The translations under genes and the position numbers were made by a program. Shown here piece after piece: positions 55,260 to 64,000 of a DNA stretch of 64,000 bases. The first letter of the stretch is position 1, and the number at the start of each line of letters is the position of its first letter. Source of the stretch: Eledone cirrhosa. Its lineage: Eukaryota. Below the pieces are notes generated by a model that was not told the origin of the DNA, ran no database searches, and was given only the letters and a program-made list of their open reading frames with translations. The stretch covers positions 56,916,001 through 56,980,000 of the forward strand of contig OZ024740.1 of assembly GCA_964016885.1 (NCBI GenBank), written 5' to 3'.

Positions 55260-56183
55260 AAAATAACAGATTAAAGTTTAAGCAAAGAATCGCTGCTTTC
55301 ACCCTTAACGGGATCTTCTGAAACTAACAAAGTCAATCTGTAAACGCAGAAGTGGATATTTCAAAAAACGTTGCAACCGGAGGAAGACAGGAAGACGATA
55401 CTTTGGTTCGTGGAAACGTTCGCTGGCAAAGAACGGGAAAAAACGAATAAGATACGTCATTAATAGGAGCGGTGAAAAACAATTACGCGCAAAGACAGTA
55501 CCACGTTTATTGTTTATCGTTAATTCGTGAGCTGATTTTCCGATACTCGATTATTCTATTATATTTAGCTCTAGACCTAGCTATTGACCAGTTAATTTTA
55601 TTGATCATTTTTTGTCGATTCTATTGACTGATGAATAGCTCCTGTTTATTTTAACATGTCTATTGAGCACTCTGATTCGATATGTGATATTTTGTATTCC
55701 TACATGATTTCCACACTACCTAAAATTTTTTCGCTAATATAGAGGTTATCTCCCTTGCTGGGCACCATGTGCGTGTCTGGCTAAAGGTCACTTCTTCATT
55801 ATCGGACGGAACCCGTTGATAAAGCTCTTCCGGTCCAGTCCTTCCCTAGAAGTCTTATATATTTTTATGTGGGCTGATAGTGAACGGATTAAGGAATTGC
55901 AGAAACCCAAGAAGCTAGATTTAACACCCTTCTAGCGGGTCCGGGTAAGTTTTTTACATTCATTTAAATTATTGATTTATTGATATTTTATTTGAGTGAC
56001 CCGAATCTTCCTGGTCGTTCTTTTTCGGCTGCACGGGTGATTTTAGGCATAATCTCTATGTGTTGGTAATTTAACGATAGTTATAGCTCTGATTTATCCA
56101 AATTATTGAGCCCTCTGCCACTCATATCGGATATTGTTTATCGTTAATTCGTGAGCTGATTTTCCGATACTCGATTATTCTAT

Positions 56184-56188
<5 letters not shown>
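55260..56188. mobile_element. Unclassified insert between (TA)n tracts with a 57-bp direct repeat (55508-55564 / 56132-56188)
   Basis: tattgtttatcgttaattcgtgagctgattttccgatactcgattattctattatat occurs twice; degenerate minus-strand HHR cagaaga tcccgttaaggg tgaaa near 55285-55322. Confidence 0.45.
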
Positions 56189-56214
<26 letters not shown>

Positions 56215-56441
56215 ATATATATGATGAAACACAGATACCAACACATCTGTATTTATATTGCAAAAGAAAATTTAGCCAGAATGAAGTATACTAATTATTA
56301 TACTACAGTTTGTCCATATCGATTTAAAATATTAAATCAGCAAAGACGAACTGCATTGCCAAATGTCTATGATGTTTAGACACATTTAAATTTCAAAATC
56401 AAACCTGTTCCGTAGATAAGTTTAAACTTTAAAATCCAATT

Positions 56442-56705
56442 TGATGAGTCATGGATCTTCGAGTACGACCCGGAGGGGACCCGTTTTGAAGACGTGGACG
56501 ACACCAAAAAGGCCGTGACGACGGAACTGCGGAGGATCCCGGAAGAATCCTTCCAGGAGTGCAGGCAAGCGTGGCAGAAAAGGGTGGAAAAGTGCATTAG
56601 ACTCCAGGGGGATTATTTTGAAGGAGAAAACTCTTAGTGTGAAGTTTGGGTTTGAAAGAAATCTTTTTTAACATCAGTCCTGGAACTTTTCTGATCCACC
56701 TCGTA
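56442..56705 (+). mobile_element. 3' part of the deleted mariner family seen at 36034-36852
   Basis: DESWIFEYDPE|GTRFEDV..GDYFEGENS*, TIR ending cacctcgta followed by TA. Confidence 0.9.
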
Positions 56706-56714
56706 TATATATAT

Positions 56715-58075
56715 ACAGTGGCTGCATGGCTTCCTAAGGGACAGAAGCCAGGCAGTCGCATCAAATGGGGCCCTCTCGAGGGAGACACCAATAACAAGTG
56801 GGGTGCCCCAGGGGACAGTCCTGGGACCACTACTGTTTTTGGTGGCTCTCTCGGACATGCCCTCTGTGGTGCATGCAACAACATCCCTCACTAGTTATGC
56901 TGGTGACAGTGGCTGCATGGCTTCCTAAGGGACAGAAGCCAGGCAGTCGCAGCAAATGGGGCCCTCTCGAGGGAGACACCAATAACAAGTGGGGTGCCCC
57001 AGGGGACAGTCCTGGGACCACTACTGTTTTTGGTGGATCTCTCGGACATGCTCTCTGTGGTGCATGCAACAACATCCCTCACTAGCTATGCTGATGACAC
57101 TAAGGTAGCACAGGCAATCAAAAACCCGGCTGACGCTGCCCTTTTACAGCAGGATCTGGATGCCATATACAAATGGGCGGAAGAAAACAACATGCAGTTT
57201 AATGCTGGCAAATTCCAAGCCCTACAATACAAACCTGCAAACACAAATATAGTGGAACACAGCTACACAGCACGAGGAGGGACCGATATCCCCGTGTCAA
57301 AATCGATACGAGACCTGGGCATAGACATGAGCGATGATGCATCTTTTTCTTCACACATCATGAAAGTGGCGACATTGTGCAGACGACTCGCTGGCTGGAT
57401 CTTGAGCACTTTCCGGACAAGAGATCGAGACACCATGTTGACACTGTGGAGGACTTTTGTCCTAAGCCGCCTGGACTACTGCTCCCAGTTGTGGTCACCC
57501 CATAGTGTCAAACTAACCACGGAGCTTGAGGCAATCCAGCGAAGCTACACCAAGAGGATTGCCAAGATGAGGGAGACAAGCTACTGGAAAAGGCTAAAGG
57601 AACTGAACTTCTACTCCTTGGAGCGAAGACGGGAGAGATACGCAGTGATCTACATGTGGAAAATCCTGGAGGGACTAGCACCAAACTTTGGCATTGGGAG
57701 CTGCACCAACCGTCGAACAGGACGTCACTGTGTGGTGCCAAAGGTCCCGTCTTCCACATCTAGAATAAGGAGCAGGTATTGCAATAGCCTGGGATTCAAG
57801 GGCCCTCAACTCTTCAACAGGCTGCCGAGGGATCTGAGAGACTTGCATGACGTGGAGGTGGATGTCTTTAAGAAACATCTCGACACCTTGTTATCCAGGA
57901 TCCCGGATGAGCCCACAGCAAGACACGAGGGAAACCTAAGGGCAGCAGCAACAAACTCCCTCTTACACCAGTGGCCAACCTATACAGGCTGGAGATAAAA
58001 TGTGTAGCAACAAGGGCGGTGCCCCAGCATGGCCTCAGCCGGATGGCTGAAACAGGTAAAAGAGTAAAAGAGTAT
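56715..58075 (+). mobile_element. 5'-truncated CR1-like LINE with a 191-bp tandem duplication at its 5' end
   Basis: 56715-56905 matches 56906-57096; 3' end ggcggtgccccagcatggcc..gctgaaacaggtaaaagagtaaaagagta. Confidence 0.9.
56994..57998 (+). CDS. C-terminal portion of a CR1-like reverse transcriptase (frame open, element 5'-truncated)
   Basis: VPQGTVLGPLLFL..SYADDTKV..LQQDLDAIYKWAEENNMQFN..RDLGI..RLDYCSQLWSP..LERRR. Confidence 0.8.
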   Translation: MPQGTVLGPLLFLVDLSDMLSVVHATTSLTSYADDTKVAQAIKNPADAALLQQDLDAIYKWAEENNMQFNAGKFQALQYKPANTNIVEHSYTARGGTDIPVSKSIRDLGIDMSDDASFSSHIMKVATLCRRLAGWILSTFRTRDRDTMLTLWRTFVLSRLDYCSQLWSPHSVKLTTELEAIQRSYTKRIAKMRETSYWKRLKELNFYSLERRRERYAVIYMWKILEGLAPNFGIGSCTNRRTGRHCVVPKVPSSTSRIRSRYCNSLGFKGPQLFNRLPRDLRDLHDVEVDVFKKHLDTLLSRIPDEPTARHEGNLRAAATNSLLHQWPTYTGWR

Positions 58076-58267
58076 ATAATGCCCCCCACTTTCACCAAGC
58101 GTAAAACTAATAATACCTTGTAACATTCACTCCTGCGATTCTTTGTTTTTTTTTGTTTTTTGGCTATTTCGAACTCTATATTTATATATAAGAAATATAT
58201 ATATATAAATATAGAGTTCGAAATAATATTCTCTCTGATCGAGACGAAGCAAAACTGTATTTGAATA

Positions 58268-58475
58268 TATATAAAAATGAGAAAACTCATCGCTATAACA
58301 GTCGGCAAAACAGGCAAATGCTGTCAAAGAGAGTGTTGGACAAAAATGTACCAGAGAATAGTGACCAGCGGTCGGCGACTGTCCTTTGGGGCATTTCTGC
58401 CCACCGCTGTCTAAGACAGCATTTGACATCTTGACGGTTGTTCTAGCGATGAGTGTTTTTTTCATTTTTATATGT
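58268..58475. repeat. Imperfect ~200-bp fold-back (MITE-like)
   Basis: aaaactcatcgctataaca..caaatgctgtc.. pairs with ..gacagcatttg..tgttctagcgatgagt. Confidence 0.7.
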
Positions 58476-58782
58476 ATAATATATATACATATACATGTAA
58501 GGAAGATCGCTGGTATTGAGTCAACCGTGTCCAGCGAACGTCTCGATCACTCAATGAATCTGTTGAATTGTAGTAAAGGCAGCTGGTTGCAACCAACTAT
58601 TTGGAGTGCACACATTTGGTTAATAGCAGTTACGGTGCTGTGTATATTTGTATCTTTACCTGAACGTAACTAACATAGAAGGCATAGAATATCTATCATA
58701 TGCTGGTCGAAATTTGAAACCTCGGATAGCATGACTTTCTATTGATATATTATACCTTTTATAAATATGTATATATATATAT

Positions 58783-59210
58783 ATAGTATTAGTTATACTA
58801 TTTATGGTTATGTAAATACAAAGCCTTAAGCAGTTGTAAGTATTTTACACACACCCTAAATAGTGGTAGGCAGTAACGTATTACTACCTTATTACCAGTA
58901 AGTTAAGTAGCTCAATGTAAAAACATCAGATGATTTACAGAGCAGTTATATGAAATATAAGAATCAAAGAACTGTTCAAAACATTATTGTGCTTACAGCT
59001 GTTTCCTCCAAACCGAGGTTTGGATTCTTCGGAGCAATTTATTAATGCATGGACAGTTATATGACCTCCTTTTCAGCCGAGAGACATACCAAATACATAT
59101 TCAAACATTGATACATATTCAAACATTGTGGGTCAACATTCATTACAGAATTTAGAGTGGCAGTACACACTTCGAGATTACATTTATATTAATAGGTACA
59201 ATCAAAAATC
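58783..59210 (-). repeat. 3' pseudo-LTR (428 bp)
   Basis: Apparently identical to 62955-63382. Confidence 0.9.
58986..59038 (-). ncRNA. PLE hammerhead ribozyme, variant core CCGAAGA
   Basis: Minus strand: ttgct CCGAAGA a-tccaaac-ctcg-gtttgga-g GAAAC agct GTA agca. Confidence 0.7.
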
Positions 59211-60452
59211 AAAGATATAGGTTAAAGTACAGCATGAAGATAAGTGGTTATATAGTGCAAATGTTATATGTGTGGCACGCATGTGCGTCTTGTTTATATA
59301 GTGTGGCAGAGAGATATGTGTGGTAGAGGCACTTAGGTAGGTAAATAAGAGTGTTAGGTTGGTAGGTCTGGTGGCAAAGTCTTTATATGATTGATATAGT
59401 CTGTGTGTGGAGAAATATTATAAGCATTAAAGATAGTGCAAGCATTAAAAGTGTTATAAGTATTGGAGATGCACAGCGCAGGGATGTCAAGTAATTCATG
59501 TACTTCGGCATTTTCATGGTCAAGGGAGTGTATATTTCGATTATATGCCTTTCACATAATCCACGACAATCCAGTAAGAGATCGTAGTCTGGTGTTCTTT
59601 AGTTCGATACAGGGGGATGTTACGTTTCGAGAAACGCCATTGAATACCGGAAGTGTGTGTGTGGCTAAGGGGAGTTAATGCATGCGGGGAGGTAACTCTG
59701 GGGTTTCTATATCTAGCCATTAAAATGTGTCCCAATATAGACCCTAAATTCTATGGTGAGGTGCACCTTCCAAGAGAGACTTTTAAAGCATAAAGTGTAC
59801 TAACTATAGAGTAGTTTATATTATTATTAAGGTGGATTAACCCATCTTAAGGTGCTACAAATGGAAATTATAGATGATGAGCGAGGATTCTAAAATGATC
59901 TCTGTGGTTGTAGTCTGCTCATATGACCAGGCGCGGTGATTGCAGGATTGCTTCAGGACCCAATGATCTCTGGTAAGATCTGGGTCATCGCTTGCTACAT
60001 TGGATGTCGAAAGATAATCGTCCCCAGGCAGGCCAAGGTCAATCCGCAGTCCTCGCGACCCCTCTCTGACCGTCAGATCATCCATATACGTACAACCCGC
60101 ACGGCAGTTGCATTGCATTCACTCACTGCGCTCAGCAGCCCGGTCCTACTGGTCAACAGCGCTACTCGATTAAATCATTTTACATCTGTCTAAGGAAGGT
60201 GTTTCCTCTGCCCAACAACATCCAACCGATCAATTCATGCTCAAAATTACCCTTAGAGCGGTGTAGTGCCATCAAGTGGGTGGATGTTGTCACACCTGCC
60301 GTAGAGGTATAAATGGGTATTTTCCCTGCGAAGGGTTCCAGAGGGATGCCGTTGTTTGTGTTATAATGGATCAGCTAGTGTTGGGTATGTAGTATAGGGT
60401 GTGTTTCTGGTGTTTGATGCTAGATGTGGTGTTAGGTTCCAGTCCGACATTG

Positions 60453-62912
60453 CTATATATAGGGCTTAAAGTTTTGGAAGGAATGTCTGAGGCGGTGCTG
60501 GCAAGTTGCAAACACCTCAGATTTTTTGTTAAGTAGGTTACGGTTGGAGAAGATAATATTGTGTGTCTCTAGAATACAGAGGTTACAGAATTTATTAGGT
60601 GGTTTGTACGAGGTCGCGCTGCCTATCACTTCCCATTTGAGTGTGTATGGTTTATTTTTAGATTTTAGATAGTGTATGTAGCTAGAAAGTGAGGTGGAGT
60701 TGGCTAGGCTGTGCTTTTTGAACGAGTGGATGTGCGAGTTATATCTGATTTTGAAGCAGTTAGAAGTGGAGCCTACATAGGTTTCTGAAGAGTTATTAGT
60801 CGTGACTGTGCATGAGTATATGACATCCTTGGTTAGGCATTTTTTATCTAAAGGGCAGGTTCTATTAGCTCTACAGTTACAATTATTCTGTGCGTTAGTC
60901 CGCTGGTTATAATGCAATGCGGAAGTCTGTGTGGTGGATATAGGATTTTGGGTGTTCGGGTTGGCAACCCTGGTGTTATTACTTATACTAGTGTTATTTC
61001 TATTGTTACTGCCGTTGCTATTGTTGCTTGCTACAGTGGTATTTAGAGGGTTTGCATCCTGTTGTGATTTTGTTTGTTGGAAGTAAGAACTAATTTTACT
61101 ATTATTGCTGCTAGCTATGTGGTATGCTAAGTTAGGCGTCGTAGAGTATGAGATTTTAATGGTGTTTTTGTTTAAGAGGTTGTGGTACTTGTGTCCTAGA
61201 GGGAAGTTTTTATCTAGTAGTGAGAAGAAAGCCCTAGGTATGTTGGTGGAGACATTTAGGTTGAAAGGAGGGTTGAAAAATGTATTATTTCTTCTTCTAT
61301 TTTTGTTTTTAGTGTTTGGTGTGTTGCTTCCTCCTAAGGCCTCACAGTAGTTTCCATGGTAATGGTTACTTCCTGTGGCACCCTCCGCTTTGGTGTACTT
61401 GTGGTTGCTATTCCTATTATTAGATTTCCTCATGGACATGTTGTGCGAGATTATGTTGTAGCTATGTGTTTTCTTAGGTAGGAACTCAATTTCTATATTA
61501 TGGCCGGAGCTAGCTAATGCTTGATTGTAATATTGTGAGTTTTTGCTAAATATGTTTGCGTCATAGGACAGACTAGAGATTCTATTGGACACCCCCTTAG
61601 AGATAGAGTTTAATATTGATCTAGGGTGATTAGACTTGGTATCTACGTAAATAAGTTTCTCATTAGGCTTATGGAAAGGTGTATATATTTTTGAGTCTAG
61701 GTATAGTGTGGCGTCTAGGAAGTTAACATTTTTAGTGTTTTTGTCCATGGTGATACTAAGGTTAAAGTTTTTGAATGTCTTATGCAGTTGTTTTCTAGTT
61801 CTTTCTATATTAAATTTTTTATATTCTATGAGTAGAAGTGCATCATCGCGGTACAAACCACCGTTGAGGTAAGGGAGGTCTTTATGGATTTCATTGAGGA
61901 GGTATAGGCCGACCAAATCAGTGACCTGCGCCGAGTCACTAGATCCCATGGTTATGTCGAAGTTGTTGTGCGTATCCTTGCGTGTCCATAGTTGGTCCTC
62001 GAAGGTGATTATGGTTTTACGGGCCGCAAGGATGACATCAACCTGGGCTCTAGTCAGGTCGCTATTGGTCATGGCCATGATAAGTGCCTTATTTAATAGG
62101 ATAGGGGAAATAGAGGTGTAGTATGAATTGATATCAAATTGAATAAATTTTTTGTTTTTATTATTCTTGATATCCTTAAACCATTCAATTACTTCACCCG
62201 TATTTCCCCATTGTTTAAGGTGTATCTTGTGTTTAATTTGTGGGATGATTTTATCCAAAATCTTCTTGCTGATAATACCAATGTCGGACTTGGAAGGGCA
62301 GATAAGTCTTATCGTGGGGTTGCTGATGAAGTTCTCCTTATGGTCCTTCAGAGAGAATCTAGGGGGGTTCGGAGTGAAAGGTTGTGTATGCCTCTGTAGT
62401 CCTAGTTTAGACACTATATTATAACCCTCTACATTAATATCTTCTAAGTTTTTCAAGGTGGTTTTTTTGTAGCTTTTATGTAGTTCATTATATATAAACT
62501 TTCTATAAGTAATATAATCTAGGCTGTATATGTTATTAGTTTTATCTGCGTGTACAATAATTTTATTACTAGTTTTGAATCCACTAATAGAAGTGTTAAG
62601 TTTGTTTAAGAAGGTGTTGCTTCTAATATGGTGCTTATTGTATTTAATGTTCTTAACTAGTTTAACTAGGTCATTTTCAAAGGAGTTAAGTAGAGTGTTA
62701 TGAGGGGGGCTTTTAAAGGTTTTAAAGCCGAAGGAGTCAAAATTGTTAGTATTATTCAAGTTGTTAGATTTGTTTCTATCATAATGGAATGTCCTCCATC
62801 TCACTCTATTGATAAATGAATTTACACTGTTGATCAGCAATTTCTCATATGTATTCCTGGATGGTATTGGTATGTTCTTGGTTGACATGGGGAGTTGGTC
62901 TTTGATTAGCAT
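60453..62912 (-). CDS. PLE polyprotein, reverse transcriptase + GIY-YIG endonuclease, 819 aa, uninterrupted
   Basis: STKNIPIPS..RVRWR, ADKTNNIY, LKDHKENF, FIQFDINSYYTSI, FDITMGS.DSAQV, GGLYRDD, NFLDATL, SNHP, FNPPF, CNC..CPL..CL, VIYSC..YVGST, FKIRYNSH, CNLCILE, LLNKKSE..CQH. Confidence 0.93.
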   Translation of the reverse strand: MLIKDQLPMSTKNIPIPSRNTYEKLLINSVNSFINRVRWRTFHYDRNKSNNLNNTNNFDSFGFKTFKSPPHNTLLNSFENDLVKLVKNIKYNKHHIRSNTFLNKLNTSISGFKTSNKIIVHADKTNNIYSLDYITYRKFIYNELHKSYKKTTLKNLEDINVEGYNIVSKLGLQRHTQPFTPNPPRFSLKDHKENFISNPTIRLICPSKSDIGIISKKILDKIIPQIKHKIHLKQWGNTGEVIEWFKDIKNNKNKKFIQFDINSYYTSISPILLNKALIMAMTNSDLTRAQVDVILAARKTIITFEDQLWTRKDTHNNFDITMGSSDSAQVTDLVGLYLLNEIHKDLPYLNGGLYRDDALLLIEYKKFNIERTRKQLHKTFKNFNLSITMDKNTKNVNFLDATLYLDSKIYTPFHKPNEKLIYVDTKSNHPRSILNSISKGVSNRISSLSYDANIFSKNSQYYNQALASSGHNIEIEFLPKKTHSYNIISHNMSMRKSNNRNSNHKYTKAEGATGSNHYHGNYCEALGGSNTPNTKNKNRRRNNTFFNPPFNLNVSTNIPRAFFSLLDKNFPLGHKYHNLLNKNTIKISYSTTPNLAYHIASSNNSKISSYFQQTKSQQDANPLNTTVASNNSNGSNNRNNTSISNNTRVANPNTQNPISTTQTSALHYNQRTNAQNNCNCRANRTCPLDKKCLTKDVIYSCTVTTNNSSETYVGSTSNCFKIRYNSHIHSFKKHSLANSTSLSSYIHYLKSKNKPYTLKWEVIGSATSYKPPNKFCNLCILETHNIIFSNRNLLNKKSEVFATCQHRLRHSFQNFKPYI

Positions 62913-62954
62913 ATTGGCAATATTATATGTCAGCTCAACGATATGGAGCAGTTA

Positions 62955-63382
62955 ATAGTATTAGTTATACTATTTATGGTTATGTAAATACAAAGCCTTA
63001 AGCAGTTGTAAGTATTTTACACACACCCTAAATAGTGGTAGGCAGTAACGTATTACTACCTTATTACCAGTAAGTTAAGTAGCTCAATGTAAAAACATCA
63101 GATGATTTACAGAGCAGTTATATGAAATATAAGAATCAAAGAACTGTTCAAAACATTATTGTGCTTACAGCTGTTTCCTCCAAACCGAGGTTTGGATTCT
63201 TCGGAGCAATTTATTAATGCATGGACAGTTATATGACCTCCTTTTCAGCCGAGAGACATACCAAATACATATTCAAACATTGATACATATTCAAACATTG
63301 TGGGTCAACATTCATTACAGAATTTAGAGTGGCAGTACACACTTCGAGATTACATTTATATTAATAGGTACAATCAAAAATC
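62955..63382 (-). repeat. 5' pseudo-LTR (428 bp)
   Basis: Apparently identical to 58783-59210; lies 42 bp upstream of the ORF ATG. Confidence 0.9.
63158..63210 (-). ncRNA. PLE hammerhead ribozyme, second identical copy in the 5' pseudo-LTR
   Basis: Same sequence as 58986-59038. Confidence 0.7.
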
Positions 63383-64000
63383 CCTTAGCCACACACACAC
63401 TTCCGGGATTCAATGGCGTTTCTCGAAACGTAACATCCCCCTGTATCGAACTAAAGAACACCAGACTACGATCTCTTACTGGATTGTCGTGGATTATGTG
63501 AAAGGCATATAATCGAAATATACACTCCCTTGACCATGAAAACGCCGAAGTACATGAATTACTTGACATCCCTGCGCTGTGCATCTCCAATACTTATAAC
63601 ACTTTTAATGCTTGCACTATCTTTAATGCTTATAATATTTCTCCACACACAGACTATATCAATCATATAAAGACTTTGCCACCAGACCTACCAACCTAAC
63701 ACTCTTATTTACCTACCTAAGTGCCTCTACCACACATATCTCTCTGCCACACTATATAAACAAGACGCACATGCGTGCCACACATATAACATTTGCACTA
63801 TATAACCACTTATCTTCATGCTGTACTTTAACCTATATCTTTGATTTTTGATTGTACCTATTAATATAAATGTAATCTCGAAGTGTGTACTGCCACTCTA
63901 AATTCTGTAATGAATGTTGACCCACAATGTTTGAATATGTATCAATGTTTGAATATGTATTTGGTATGTCTCTCGGCTGAAAAGGAGGTCATATAACTGT
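63383..64000 (+). repeat. Inverted copy of the PLE 3' UTR
   Basis: Reverse complement of 59053-59670; I see two substitutions. Confidence 0.9.

Larger units (their letters stand above)
58783..64000 (-). mobile_element. Full-length Naiad-type Penelope-like retrotransposon with pseudo-LTRs and an inverted segment (runs off the window)
   Basis: Intact ORF; direct repeat 58783-59210 / 62955-63382; inverted copy 63383-64000 = reverse complement of 59053-59670; 3' end abuts (TA)n. Confidence 0.93.

Noticed and set aside
59945-60000. SECIS-like hairpin (minus strand ATGA..TGAA) in the intact PLE 3' UTR
   Set aside because: No apical AA, the quartet register does not fit, and the 819-aa ORF has no in-frame TGA

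Overview
AT-rich eukaryotic DNA, almost entirely repeats. The SINE families and dense (TA)n/(TAA)n microsatellites suggest an octopod cephalopod (inference). I found no host protein-coding exon. Transposable elements: (1) five Penelope-like elements (PLEs), one of them an apparently intact, young Naiad-type copy with an 819-aa RT + GIY-YIG ORF, 428-bp pseudo-LTRs carrying hammerhead ribozymes, and an inverted tail; (2) a co-oriented run of R4/Dong-type RLE retrotransposons on (TAA)n/(GAA)n tracts; (3) CRE-type, CR1-type and L1/Tx1-type LINE fragments; (4) mariner, Tc1-like and hAT relics; (5) about 20 tRNA-derived SINEs. Most notable observations: many hammerhead-ribozyme (HHR) motifs, including a non-coding 529-bp retrozyme-like partial tandem and short HHR inserts in (TA)n; fold-back inversions that break inside HHRs; and an amber codon at the same conserved Trp in two divergent Dong elements, a candidate A-to-I amber/W recoding site. 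All assignments are by eye and element boundaries are approximate.
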